DNA of 64,000 bases from Octopus vulgaris (lineage: Eukaryota). The notes under the pieces were generated by a model. It did no database searches. It was not told where the DNA came from and was given only the letters and a program-made list of their open reading frames with translations. Below are positions 11,338 to 24,786 of this stretch, piece by piece. Numbering within the stretch: position 1 is the first letter of the stretch; each line of letters opens with the position of its first letter. The position numbers and the translations under genes are program-made. The stretch lies in the NCBI GenBank assembly GCA_951406725.2, contig OX597824.1, positions 87,358,001 through 87,422,000 of the forward strand, written 5' to 3'.

Positions 11338-12608
11338 ATAGTTTTAGTACTTCAGACATTCTGATAGTATTTTAATAATATTTCAACATTCACCATTCCA
11401 CCACCACCACCACCACCACCTTCAAAATTCTAGGTTTGGTGCCTATGTAAGAAAAAAAAAAACGTTCAGATTTTCTTAAATCTTCATGAGGAAAAAAAAA
11501 AGAAAAACAACGATTAAAAGACTATCCGTCTCTTCTGTCATAGGTATGTTAAAGATTAATGATGTATGTGAATGAAAATATTCTAAAAATAGAGAAAATG
11601 CCTCTAACACCCCACCACCCCACCACCGCCACCCCGTCTTTAGACTCAGTTTCAAAATACCACAGCCTTTATTTATTTATTTATTTATTTTTTAACTGTA
11701 GCTCCCTTTACAAGACTTGTGAGTAACAGAGAAAAAGAGCCAGTTAAAGGTACCTTAAGGAATTTAGCTCCTGTTTCTTAGTGTTCTTTACATTGAATTT
11801 TCAGGCTCCACCCTTTGCTTAAAAAAGCAGAAAATGGAAACTGTAAGCCAAATACTTAACCATTTCCTTCTTCTTTTTTTCCTTTCCTTTCCTTTTCTTT
11901 CTTTTTTTTTTTTTTGTTTTTCAAAATTTTTCTCTCCGAGGATTGGTTTTTAGTAAGCAGATAAAATTGCCTCTTAGGGTGTGTCTTTCATTTCGTTTCA
12001 TACCCCCACCTACACCCCCACCCCCACCTACACCCCACCCCACCTACACCCCCACCCCCCACCTACACCCCACCCCACCTACACCCCCACCCCTACCTTC
12101 ATCACTAGGCATCCTACTTAGCCATGGAGGAAACTTCTAAACCCAACTAAAATTCTATTTTCATTTCATATTGAAATCTACAGGATTGGCCTAAAGCCTC
12201 TCCGGTCGTTTTTCCTGTATGGATAGGGTTTCATTCATGCATGCGTGTAATATACATAATTACACACATAGACATATGAATCACACACACGTGCACATAC
12301 ACACATACACACACCTACATATGTATTATGTGACTCGTGTGTGTGTGTGTGTGTATGAATATATGCATGTATGTATATGTAGATGTAATATTATATGTAT
12401 AATTAAATATATATGTATGTATACGTATGTGTGTGTGTGTATGTGTGTGCGTATGTGAGTATGTATGTATGTATGTATACAGTCCAACCTGTGCCATCAT
12501 GGAAACTAGACATTACATGAAAGTGATGAAGTTATGCATGTACACACGTGTTTGTATGAGTTTATGATGCCAACTATATGTGTGTGTGTGTGTGTACACA
12601 CACACACG

Positions 12609-12649
<41 letters not shown>

Positions 12650-12834
12650 GCACACACACACACACACACATATGGTCGTTTGTAGAAATACAAGTATTTC
12701 CGTTTTTTATTTTTCCTTCATGTGTGTGTATGTGTGTGTTTGTGTGTGTTTGTGTGTGTGTGTTTATGATTATAAATTAAAAGAATAAAGGGCATAAGAA
12801 ACATGTAGAGTAGTTAATATTATAGTGGGGGATG

Positions 12835-13060
12835 CCGGTTTACGGGGTTACCTTGGGTTTCTCACTCATAAGGGGTTTAGCCTTACAGCGTAACTTCAGA
12901 CCCCAAACACGCTGGCCAGCAATATTTTACCCTTAAAAACAAGGGTTTTTTCTCTCCATGTTTTAAAGAGGTCTCAAGCCAGCAATGCTTGGGCCCTAGA
13001 GATATGCCATAAGGTTAAACCCCTTATGAGCAAGAAGCTCAAGGTAACCCCATAAACTGA
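12835..13060. mobile_element. MITE-like element with long imperfect terminal inverted repeats
   Basis: CGGTTTACGGGGTTACCTTGGGTTTCT...CTCATAAGGGGTTTAGCCTTA pairs with TAAGGTTAAACCCCTTATGAG...CAAGGTAACCCCATAAACTG. A related end lies at about 8181-8260. Confidence 0.65.
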
Positions 13061-13064
13061 CCAG

Positions 13065-13405
13065 ATCTGCCCGACTGGCACCCATGCTGGTGGCATGTAA
13101 AAAGCACCGTCTGAATGTGGTTGATGCCAGCGCCCCCTGGCTGGCTCCCATGCTGGTGGCAAGTAAAAAGCACTATCTGAACGTGATTGATGCTAAGGGC
13201 CCTCTGACTGGCTCCTGTGCCAGTGGCACGTAAAAAAGTCCCACTATACTCTCTCAGAGTGGTTGGTGTTAGGATGGACATTCAGCTGTTGAAACATTGC
13301 CTGATCAGATTGGAGCCTGGAGCAGCTAGTGGCTTTCCAGACCTCAGTCAAACCGTCCAACCCATGCTAGCATGGAAAACGGACGTTAAACGATGATGAT
13401 GATGA
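13065..13405 (+). mobile_element. RTE LINE 3' fragment (family C)
   Basis: About three diverged 60-bp units, then GGACGTTAAAC(GAT)n. Confidence 0.8.
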
Positions 13406-13509
13406 TATACATATCATCATCATCGTCCTATCATTTAACGTCTGTCTTCCATGCAGGCATGAGTTGAACAGATTGACAAGAGCCAGCCAAGCAGAACACT
13501 ACCCCAGAC

Positions 13510-13598
<89 letters not shown>

Positions 13599-13599
13599 T

Positions 13600-13680
13600 G
13601 GTAAGTTTCTTTATTAGCAACACAGGGCTGAACACAGAGGATACAAAATACAATGTAGAGCCTTTCAAAAATAGGAAAAA
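13600..13680 (-). mobile_element. 3' terminus of a Tx1/L1-like element abutting (GATA)n
   Basis: TTTCTTTATTAGCAACACAGGGCTGAACACAGAGGATACAAAATACAATGTAGAGC matches the terminus at 23652-23715. A (GATA)n tract lies at 13510-13598. Confidence 0.65.
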
Positions 13681-13919
13681 AAAGGGGAGAAATAAATTCT
13701 GATTAATAAATAAAATGACCAACATGAAGTACAACAATATCTTTTTCAACGCATGACTTCACATCAGAAATCTTGCAAAACAAATTGATAACCATAAAGA
13801 TCCAAACAACAGTTATCTACAAAGTCAGTCAAGCATGACCGCAAAGGAAAGTAAGGTTGCTTTATCATAATTCCAGAAACTTAAATTACCTAAGAATTAA
13901 ATATATATATATACATATG

Positions 13920-13962
<43 letters not shown>

Positions 13963-13964
<2 letters not shown>

Positions 13965-14297
13965 AGGCGCATGGCTCAGTCGTTAGAGTGTCGAGCTTAC
14001 AATCATGAGGTTGTGTGCTCAAATCCCAGACTGGGCTGCGTGTTGTGTTCTTGAGCAAGACACTTTATTTCATGTTGCTCCAGTTCACTCAGCTGTAGAA
14101 ATGAGTTGCTACGTCACAAGTGCCAAGCTGTATCGGCCCCTTTGCCTTTCCCTTGGATAACATCAGTGGCATGGAGAGGAGAGGCTGGTATGCATGGGCA
14201 ACTGCTGGTCTTCCGTAAACAACCTTGCCCAGACTTGTGCTGGGAGGGTAACTTTCTAGGTGCAATCACACGGTCAGTCATGACCAAAGGGGGTCTC

Positions 14298-14298
<1 letters not shown>
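13963..14298 (+). mobile_element. tRNA-derived CORE-like SINE family F
   Basis: tRNA-like head, then TTGTGTTCTTGAGCAAGACACTT...CAGCTGTAGAAATGAG, which resembles the CORE domain. Other copies: 25375-25620(-), 27760-28095(+), 38862-39265(-), 52777-53110(+). Confidence 0.8.
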
Positions 14299-14377
<79 letters not shown>

Positions 14378-14381
<4 letters not shown>

Positions 14382-14539
14382 GAGTGGCTGTGTGGTAAGT
14401 AGCTTGCCAACCGACCACATGGTTCTGGATTCAGTCCCACTGCGTGGCACCTTGGGCAAGTGTCTTCTGCTATAGCCCCAGGTCGACCAATGCCTTGTGA
14501 GTGGATTTGGTAGACGGAAACTGAAAAAAGCCCGTCGTA

Positions 14540-14622
<83 letters not shown>

Positions 14623-14827
14623 TTGTGTGTCTGTGTTTGTCCCCCTAGCATTGCTTGACAACCGATGCTGGTGTGTTTATGTCCCCTTCACTTAACGGTT
14701 CGGCAAAAGAGACCGATAGAATAAGTACTGGGCTTACAAAAGAATAAGGGTCGATTTGCTCGACTAAAGGCGGTGATCCAGCATGGCCGCAGTCAAATGA
14801 ATGAAACAAGTAAAAGAGTAAAGAGTA
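14378..14827 (+). mobile_element. Full-length tRNA-derived SINE family B with internal (TA)n
   Basis: CAGGAGTGGCTGTGTGGTAAG head, B-box-like GGATTCAGTCCC and an AAAGAGT-repeat tail. More than 20 copies or fragments occur in the window. Confidence 0.85.
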
Positions 14828-15184
14828 TATATATATCACCGTGATCACCGTGACTGACCGGGTTATCAGATGTTGCTACACATCGCTGGTCACAATGCGC
14901 TTCGCATTGTTTTATCCTTTAAATGACGCCACATTGCTGGCTAAGCAAGCAGAAAAATATGTGTGTGTGTGTGTGTATGTATATTTGCTTTCAGCTCTTC
15001 ATCGTAAGTGGCTTGACGTAGTATCTTTTGAACTTGTCACAATGACACACGTGCGTATAGATGTGTGTGTGTGTATGTATATGTATGTATGAGTATGTGT
15101 GTATATATATATATATATATTCATATCTATATATATATATATATTTATAAATGCATACATACATGTATATACACATGCATACAG

Positions 15185-15232
<48 letters not shown>

Positions 15233-15724
15233 TTGTGTATATATGCATGTGTATATACATGTGTGTGTGCATTCTTTAAACTATGACACTCTTGTAATGT
15301 CAGCTCTGCATATCAGCCTAATCAACATCATATCTCATTTATAAGTCCTTTGGGAATTCGCATGAAGCAGACTAATAAATATATAAATAAATAATGTTCT
15401 TGTGGGTTTAACTTGACCGGGTTGGTGGTCCCCTTCTGCAGCAAGAGTTGAAACAGTAGCTCAGCGCCAATCAGGTTATGTCGCCCCACCCTCAAAATAT
15501 ATCTACAAGCATTTCCGGTTTTTATCTTTGTTTTTCCTTCATGCGTGTATGTGTGTGTGTATGTGTGTATGTTTGCATGTGTGTGTGTTTGTGTGAGTAT
15601 GTGTGTATGTTTGCATGTGTGTGTGTGTGTTTGTGTGTGTGTGTTTGCGTGTGTGTGTTTGTGTTTGTGTGTGTGTGTGTGTGTTTTTTTTTTGTGTGTG
15701 TGTGTGTTTGTGTGTGTGCGTTTG

Positions 15725-15757
<33 letters not shown>

Positions 15758-15821
15758 TTGTGTGTGTGTGTTTCTGTGCGTTTGTGTGTGTGCGTTTGTG
15801 TGTGTGTGTTTGTGTGTGTGT

Positions 15822-15853
<32 letters not shown>

Positions 15854-16056
15854 TTATGATTATAAATTGAAAGAGTAAAGGTCATAAGAAACATTGTTTA
15901 AATATCTTTATCGGTGAAGGGAGTTTCTAATCTTTTTCTCAGCTGAACCCCCCCCCCCGCCGCCCACACGTGACAAATTTCTAAAATATGTAACTGTTGG
16001 AAATTGAATTATAAAATAACAAAATTTTTTTTTTTATTTTTAAGTTTTAAATTCCC

Positions 16057-16640
16057 AGGCGCTGGAGTGGGTATGTGGTAAGTAGCTAGCTTACCAACCA
16101 CATGGGTCTGGGTTCAGTCCCACTGCATGGCACCTTGGGCAAGTGTCTTCTACTATAGCCTCGGGCTGACCAAAGCCTTGTGAGTGGATTTGCTAGACGG
16201 AAACTGAAAGAAGCCTGTCGTGTATATGTAGGTATTCCCGACTGAAGATTAGAGGCTTTGAATGACCCGTCTGTTTTTTTGTGTCGTCTCTTTGTGTGGT
16301 TTGCGTTCTTGTCCCCTTTTGTAATTTTTATATATAATTTTTATACACACACATATATATACATATATATATTTATATATATGTATATATATATTTATAT
16401 ATATGTATATATATATGTGTGTGTGTGTATATGTTTGTGTGTCTGTATTTGTCCTCTCAACATCGCTTGATAACCAATGCTGGTGTGTTTACGTCCCTGT
16501 AACTTAGCGGTTTGGCAAAAGAGACCGACAGAATAAGTACTAGGCTTACAAAGAATAAGTCCCGGGGTCGATTTGCTCGACTAAAAGGCGGTGCTCCTGC
16601 ATGGCCGCAGTCAAATGACTGAAACAAATAAAGAGTATAA
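16057..16640 (+). mobile_element. SINE family B with an unrelated insert of about 100 bp in its internal microsatellite
   Basis: Colinear with 14378-14827 except for about 16228-16330. Confidence 0.8.
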
Positions 16641-16799
16641 TAAAACTGCTTTAAAAAAATTAAAAAAAAACAACAAGAAAACCCAGCCAAATGTTTTTCC
16701 TCTGCTGTCTTCACATGTCAAATTTGTTGTTGATGTCTCTGTTGCAGTCACTGTTGGTGTATGCAGTCTTCTGGAATGTACATATCGCCTAATCTACCA

Positions 16800-17845
16800 G
16801 GGTGTGTATGTATATGTGTGTGTGTGTGTGTATATATGTGTGTGTGTGTGTATACATGTATTTGTTTTTATACATATGCATATGTGTATGTGTGTGTTTA
16901 TAGATGTGTGTGTATACATGTTTTTCTTTTTGTACATATGCATGTATGTATGTGAGTGTATACATGTGTTTGTTTTTATACATATGCGTGTGTGTATACA
17001 TATGTGTGTGATTATACATATGTGCGGGTGTGTGATTATACATATGCATGTGTGTATCTGTTTATAGATATGTGCATGTGTGTGTGTGTGTGTATACGTT
17101 TATACATTCACGCATATCTATGTGAGTGTGTGTGTATACACATGTGTGTATTTATACTGTGTATACATGCGGGTGTGTTTCTACATATGCGTGTGTGCAT
17201 GTGTGTGTGTATGTATACATGTGTGTATGTATGGCTGTGTCTATTTATGTATATGTGTTCATACATGTGCATGCGTGTGTATCATGTGTGTACATGTGTA
17301 TGTGTGTGTGTGCTTACAAATATGCATGTGTGTCTATATATGCATGTGTGTGTGTGTCTGTATATGCACGTGTGTGTGTCTATATGTATGTGTATGTGTC
17401 TGTATATGTATGTGTGTGTGTCTGTATATGCATGTGTGTGTGTCTGTATATGTATGTGTGTGTGTCTGTATATGTATGTGTGTGTGTCTGTATAGGTATG
17501 TGTGTGTGTCTGTATATGCATGTGTGTGTGTTTGTATATGTATGTGTGTGTCTGTATATGTATGTGTGTGTGTCTGTATATGTATGTGTGTGTGTCTGTA
17601 TATGTATGTGTGTGTGTCTATATGTATGTGTGTGTGTCTGTATATGTGTGTGTGTGTGTCTATATGTGTGTGTGTGTCTATATATGCATGTGTGTGTGTG
17701 TCTGTATATGCATGTGTGTGTGTCTGTATATGCATGTGTGTGTGTCTGTATATGTATGTGTATGTGTCTGTATATGTATGTGTGTGTGTGTGTGTATGCA
17801 TGTGTGTGTGTCTGTATATGTATGTGTGCATGTGTGTGTGCATGT
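16800..17845. repeat. Degenerate (TG)/(TA) tract grading into a minisatellite of about 22 bp (TGTGTGTGTCTGTATATGTATG)
   Basis: The unit is directly visible from about 17340 to 17830. Confidence 0.9.
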
Positions 17846-18752
17846 AGAGGGTCTTAGCTCTTATTTCAAGGCCTAAAGAAGCTGAGAGAAATATCCCCTT
17901 CCTCGGATAAAGCCCCAGCCCATTGCAGGTAGCATCCCCAGGAAGATCTGGTAATTTATTTTCCAAAAGCCAGGTGCGCCGATGCAGCATAGGAAGGACA
18001 GACTGTCCTGCTGCAGAACGCTTGCAGTCGATGCAAATGTGCACATTCGTTGCCGGCTGCTCATTATTGCTTGCTTGTTTTGTTTTTTTTTTTCTTCTTC
18101 TTCTACCAATGTTACCAGTGTTGCATAACGACTGTCTTCAGTGTTTATAGTGAAAGTACTATTAGGCCAGGCCAGGCCAGGCCAGGCCAGACATCTTCTG
18201 GCATAACAACAGCAGACTAGGAATTTCTGCTGCTGCTGCTGTTGCTGCTGTTGCTGTTGCTGTTGGTTGGTGTTGCTGCTGCTGTTGGTGTAGGTGTTGG
18301 TGCTGCTGCTAATGTTATTGTGGTTAATGTTATCCCTGTTGCAGTCTCTGCTGCTGATGCCACAAGCGTCACCACCACCACCACCAACAGCATCACCACC
18401 ACCAGGATCATCACCATCAACACCACCACCACCATTACCACCACCATCACCACCACCACCACCAGGATCACCACCACCAGCATCACCACAACCACCATCA
18501 CCACCACCATCATCACCACTTCCACCACCACCATTATCACTGTTATTGCCCCCCACCACCACTGCGGCCACCATCACCACCACCACCACCATCACCATCA
18601 TCACCATCACCACTATCACCACCACCGCCGCTGCGACCACCGGCGTTGCCACCACCACCAACAACAACAACACGCCACCGCCGCTGCCACCACCACCACC
18701 ATCTCCACCATCAACGCCACTGCTGCTGCTCCTGCTGCTGCTGCTGCTGCTG

Positions 18753-18786
<34 letters not shown>

Positions 18787-19246
18787 AAATAAACTATAAT
18801 GGTTCTGAAGTTTGGCACAAAGCCAGCAATTTCGGGAGAAGGGGATGGTCAATTACATTGACCCCCTAGTGTTCAACTGGTAACTTATTTTATCAACCCC
18901 CAAGGCAAAAAGTTGAGCCTGGTAAAATTTGAACTCAGAAGAGGAAGTCGGAGGAGATGCCCCTAAGCATTTCTTCCGGTGTTTAGCAATTCTGCCAGTT
19001 CACCTCATTAATTACAAATAAATAAATGGATAAATAAATAATCTTCATCATCATCATCATCATCATCAACATCATCATTTAACATCCTGCTTCCATGTTA
19101 GCATGAGTTGGACAGTTTGACAGAAACTGGCAAGTGAGAAGACTGTGCGAAGCCCTGCCATCTGCTTCAGTACAGTTTCTAGTTGGATGTCCTTTCTAAG
19201 GTCAACCCTTTTGCATTTAAACTAGCCACATACAGCCCAAGCATTC

Positions 19247-19697
19247 TTATTTCTTTATTGCCACCCCCCACCCTCACAAGGGGCTAAACATAGAGGGAAC
19301 AAACAAGGACAGACAAACGGATTAAGTCGATTATATCGACTCCAGTGCATAACTAGTACTTAATTTATCGACCCCAAAAGGATGAAAGGCAAAGTCGACC
19401 TCGGCGAAATTTGAACTCAGAACATAACGGCAGATGAAATACCGCCAAGCATTTCGCCCAACTTGCTAACGTTTCTTATTTCTTTATTGCCCACAAGGGG
19501 CTAAACACAGAGAGGACAAACAAGGACAAACAGATTAAATCAATTACATCGATGCCAGTGCATAACTGGTACTTAATTTATCAACCCCAAAAGGATGAAA
19601 GGCAAAGTCGACCTCAGTGGAATCTGAACTCAGAACGTAACGGCAAATGAAATACTGCTAAGCATTTCGCCCAGGGTGCTAACGTTTCTGCCAGCTC
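19247..19697 (-). mobile_element. SINE family A dimer with 15-bp TSD, inserted in a piggyBac-like MITE (family H)
   Basis: ACAGCCCAAGCATTC (19232-19246) and ACAGCCCAAGTATTC (19698-19712) flank it. The joined flanks match the MITE at 54819-55045. Confidence 0.85.
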
Positions 19698-20059
19698 ACA
19701 GCCCAAGTATTCTACCTGTTTTATGTTCAAACTAACCAGGTATGACATCTCACACCTGCCCTACAATGTTATTCTAATAATAAACAATCATCATCATCGT
19801 CATCATTTAACATCCATTGTTAAATGATGACAATGGTTCCAGGTTCAGTCCCACTGCGTGGCACCTTTGGCAAGTATCTTCTATTATAGCTTCGGGCCGA
19901 CCAAAGACCTGTAAGTGGATTTGGTAGACAGAAACTGAAAGAAGCTCATCGTATATATATATATATGTATGTATGTATGTGTGTGTTTTTGTGTGTCTGT
20001 GTTTGTCCCTCCAACATCACTTAACAAACGATGCTGGTGTGCTTACATCCATAACTTGA

Positions 20060-20270
20060 TAATCCTCTCAACAATTATCAACAGAATCCTTGTCCGGTAC
20101 TGGATCAATCCCAAAATCTAATCAGTTCATGCCAGTCACAAGGCCAAACATCCCTGAAAGTTTCATCCAAATCCATCCAGCGGTTCTTGAGATATCTTGT
20201 CCATGGACAGACAAACAAACAAACACAACTGAAAACAATACCTCCGCCTTCACTAAGACAGAGGTAATAA
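20060..20270 (-). mobile_element. Helentron/HINE (DINE-1-like) non-autonomous element fragment
   Basis: Subterminal hairpin TACCTCCGCC...GAGGTA, (GTTT/GTCT) microsatellite and ATCTCAAGAACCGCTGGATGGATTTGGATGAAACTT. A second copy lies at 22085-22372. Confidence 0.6.
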
Positions 20271-20491
20271 TAATAATCTTTTCTACTATGTACACAAGGC
20301 CTGACATTTTGTGGAGTGGTGTCACCGACTACATCGACCCCAGTGCTTGACTGGCACTTATTTTATCAACCTTGAGAGGATGGAAGGCAAAGGTGACCTC
20401 AGTCAAATTTGAACTCAGAACATAAACGGCCAGAATCATTGACCCTATACATTTTGTGTGGCATGCTAGCAGTTCTGAAAGCTTGCCACCT

Positions 20492-20847
<356 letters not shown>

Positions 20848-20964
20848 GTGCTACTGCTACCACCACCACCACCACCACCACCACCATCACCCCCACATCC
20901 ATCACCACTATCACCACTGTCGACGCTGTCGCCACCACCACCATCAAAGCCACTGCCACTGCAG

Positions 20965-20998
<34 letters not shown>

Positions 20999-21377
20999 CA
21001 CTATTACTAATGATGATGATGATGATAATAATAATAATAATGATAATAATAATAATATTAATTATAATAATAACGGTTTCAAAATTTGGTACAAAGCCAG
21101 CAATTTTAGTGGATGGGGTTTAGTCAATTACACTGACCCCTCTACTAGATTGGGTTAATGTAATTCTAACACAAAGATTAGAGAGGAGGAAGTTGGTTCA
21201 CTGTACTATCGGCTTTAGTACTTGACTGGTACTTATTTTATTGACCCCAGGAAGATAAAAGACAAAGCTGACTGCAGTGGGGATTGAACTCAGAATATAA
21301 AGGTCACTAACTAAATAACATAAGGAATTTTGTTTTGTAACTCTGGTAAATTGGCCAGTGGATTGTCCTTCTCCTCC

Positions 21378-21830
21378 TCATCATCATCGTTTAACATCCG
21401 CTTTCCATGCTAGCATGGGTTGGACGATTTGACTGAGGACTGGCGAACCAGATGGCTGCACCAAGCTCCAATCAGATCTGGCAGAGTTTCTACAGCTGGA
21501 TGCCCTTCCTAACTCCAACCACTCCAAGAGTGTAGTGGGTGCTTTTATATGCCACCGGCACGAGGGCCAGTCTGGCAGTACTGGCAATGGCCACGCTCGA
21601 AATGGTGCTTTTTACGTGCCACCTGCACAGGAGCCAGTCTAGTGGCACTGGCAACGACCTTGCTCGAATGATTTGTTCACCTGCCACTGGCACAAGCGCC
21701 AGTCAGGCGACGTTGGTAACGATCATGCTCAAATGGTGCTTTTTACGTGCCCACTGGTACGGAAGCCAGACAGCTGCTCTGGCAGTGATCCCGCTTGGAT
21801 GGAGCTGTTAGCACTCCACTGGCATGGGTA
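21378..21830 (-). mobile_element. RTE LINE 3' fragment (family C) with 4-5 diverged VNTR units
   Basis: Family C terminus and repeated GGTGCTTTTTACGTGCC units. Confidence 0.8.
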
Positions 21831-22084
21831 AATAGTAATAGAAATAATTGGTTCTAATTTTGGCATAGGGCCAGCAGCCCCATGGAACAAACAATGTCAT
21901 TCAACTGCCCACCACTCCCCTGTTCAAAGAGGCTCTGGACAACTGTGGTGACTGTATAAAACTGTATGTAACAATAACTGTTTTTTGGGGGTTTTTTACA
22001 TTGTGCTCATCTCCGCTTTTTTACTCTTTTACTTGTTTCAGTCATTTGACTGCAGCCATGCTGGATCAGCCTAGTACTTATTCT

Positions 22085-22372
22085 AAAATAAGAATGGCTG
22101 AAATAAACTCGACTGCTCTCACCAATGAGAATACTAAAAATGAACCTAACTGCTCTCAAAAACTGAGTAAAAAAACAGGAAAAATAATCCAGAATTCTTG
22201 TCCGGTATCAAATTGATCCCGAAATCTAATCAATTTGTGCCAGTCATGAGGACAAACATCCTTGAAAGTCTCATCCGAATCCATCCAGCAGTTCTTGAGA
22301 TATCTTGTCCACGGACAAACAAACAAATGTAACTGAAAATAATACCTCCACCTTCGCTAAGGTGGAGGCAAT
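22085..22372 (-). mobile_element. Helentron/HINE-like element fragment, second copy
   Basis: Aligns with 20060-20270. Hairpin CCTCCACCTT-CGCT-AAGGTGGAGG. Confidence 0.6.
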
Positions 22373-22748
22373 AATCTTTTCTACTATAGGTGCAAGGCTT
22401 GAAATTTGTGGGGAGGGGACTAGTCAATAACCTCAACCACACTGTTTTACAGGTACTTAATTTATCAACTCCTGAAGGATAAAAGACAAAGTCGACCATG
22501 GTGGAATTTGAACTCAGAACATAATGACAGACAAAATACCTATTTCTTTACTACCCACAAGGGGCTAAACACAGAAAGGATAAACAAGGACAGACAAACG
22601 GATTAAGTCAATTATATTGACCCCAGTGCGTAACTGGTACTTATTTAATCGACCCCGAAAGGATATAAAGGCAAAGTCGACCTTGGCGGAATTTGAACTC
22701 AGAACGTAGCGGCAGATGAAATACCGCTAAGCATTTTGCCCAGCGTGC
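22372..22748 (-). mobile_element. SINE family A dimer
   Basis: Same internal junction (AAATAC|CTATTTCTTTACTACCCACAAGGGG) as 1-407. Confidence 0.8.
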
Positions 22749-23303
22749 GAATAATAATAATAATAATGATCATGATGATCATGATGATCATGATGATCAT
22801 GATGATCATGATGATCATGATGATCATGATGATCATGATGATCATGATGATCATGATGATCATGATGATGGTGATCCTGTGATTGCGTCTCCTGTTATTG
22901 CTTCTATTGTTTTTGTAGACGCAAAAGCAGTGACTAAAACCACCACCACCACTACCAGCACCACTATTACAACTACTACTACCACCACTACCAGCACCAC
23001 CATCGCCACAACTGCTGCTGCTGCTACTGCTGCTGCCATCTGTGCAGCTGCATCAACAGCCATGGCTGCTGCTATCAGTTCAGCTGGAATGTCGTGACTC
23101 AAGTTACGAAGAAGAAGCGTGAGCCGTGCTTGAGAAGATGTCAAATGACATGTCTGGAGAATAACAGATTCTACGATTCTACGAGTGTTTATTCAGAATA
23201 TATATAAATAATAATAATGATAATAATAATAATGAAAATAATATTAATAATAATAATATTAATATTGATAACAAAAATGATGATGATAATAATAATAATA
23301 ATG

Positions 23304-23370
<67 letters not shown>

Positions 23371-23598
23371 TAATAATAATAATAATTATAAAGATGATGA
23401 TGATGATGATGATAATTAAAAAAGCAAAACTCGGGGAGCACATGAGCACATATGCAGAAAAATCAAACAATAAAAAGGAAAGGCTTATCGTAAGAGATAG
23501 ATAGATAGACAGACAGATAGACAGACAGACAGATAGACAGACAGTCAGACAGACAGACAGATAGATAGAAAGACAGGTAGATAGATAGACAGACAGAC

Positions 23599-23633
<35 letters not shown>

Positions 23634-23651
23634 TAGATAGATAGATAGATA

Positions 23652-24630
23652 ACTTTCTTTTATTAGCCACACAGGGCTGAATACAGAGGGGACAAATACA
23701 AATGTAGAGCTTTTCTTTTCGAGGGTGGAAAATAAGGAAAATAAATGTAAGATTTCGATCAAAAGGGATCGAGAGGAGGAAAAAAAAAAAAAAAATCGGG
23801 TATCACAGAAACCACGGGAACCTCAGTCAGGGAGGAAATAACCACATGAGAGCAAAATGCTCTCTCTCTTTTTTTACGATTTACAGGATCATGCTCAAAA
23901 TGGTTTTGTCACTCGCACACACCATCTTTGCAACATTCACCCATCTTTTTTTTAATCTTTCGCGAGACAAAACTTCCCTCTCCATTCTCACCTTCCTTTT
24001 TAAGTGGTACTTGAAAAAGTTGATGAGCGATTGGCCAGAGAGGTATGTGTTTGTCTCTAATCCTTTCACTCGGGTCCACCACACACATTCTTTCACCATG
24101 GCCACCAGTACGATGAAAACTGCCTTGCCTTCCCGGATGAGGGAAGGGGGTGGAGCAATAGTCACGATAGACTCGGCCGATAGGCAGACTTGTCCCACAC
24201 GCGACAGCAGCCATTTGGCATAAGCCCACAGGTTTGAAGTGATTGGACATTGCATAAGTGCATGCAGAACGGTTTCGTTGCTCTGACCGCATCTCGGGCA
24301 TGTCGGTCCAGTGTGTCTGGAACCGTGTCTGTAGAGCTTATCCTGAACAGGTAATGCTTCTTGATAGCACTGCCAGGCCAGGGATCTTTGGTGATTGTTC
24401 ATAGGTCCCGACCCGAAAGTTGTCCTGAACAGGCGGGTCAGGTGTTCCTCGTCGACGCCCAGACTCTGCCCGAGTTCGTCATCGCACCTCCCCTCCACTA
24501 ATCCTCTATAGAATGCCTTTGTTGTGATGGAGTCGCACAAGTTTGATCCCGGACGGCAGAGTTGCTTGAGAGCAACGTGACACTCGCAGTGCCATTCGCC
24601 TAGCCTCAATCTCTGCTTCATCCATGACTG
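23652..24630 (-). mobile_element. 5'-truncated Tx1/L1-clade non-LTR retrotransposon between (GATA/GACA)n tracts
   Basis: Contains the ORF2 C-terminus and a 3' UTR with AATAAA near the end. GATA repeats lie on both sides. Confidence 0.85.
23881..24621 (-). pseudogene. C-terminal 246 aa of a Tx1/L1-like ORF2 (zf-RVT zinc-binding region); open but 5'-truncated
   Basis: WQCYQEALPVQDKL...CPRCGQSNETVLHALMQCP...LW fits the CX2C...ETxxHx4C knuckle downstream of RT in L1/Tx1 elements. Confidence 0.85.
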
Positions 24631-24669
24631 TAGATAGATAGATAGATAGAAAGACAGACAGATAGATAT

Positions 24670-24786
24670 GTTTATTTATTGACTACACAGGGCTGAACAC
24701 AGAGGGGACAAAATACAAAGTAGAGCTTTTCTTTTTGGGAAGAAGAAAAAAAAAGAATGGGGTAGAATTTCGATCAAAAGGGATCT
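24670..24786 (-). mobile_element. Further Tx1-like 3' terminus abutting (GATA)n
   Basis: Matches 23652-23770, including TTTCGATCAAAAGGGATC. Confidence 0.75.

Noticed and set aside
12001-12097. C-rich (CCCCACCTACA)-like tract as G-quadruplex or telomere-like repeat
   Set aside because: It is not TTAGGG-type, and G4 potential is unremarkable in this low-complexity background.
21875-21985. Possible CR1/L2 LINE 3' end (PWNK...FKEALD)
   Set aside because: Too short and frame-inconsistent to support.
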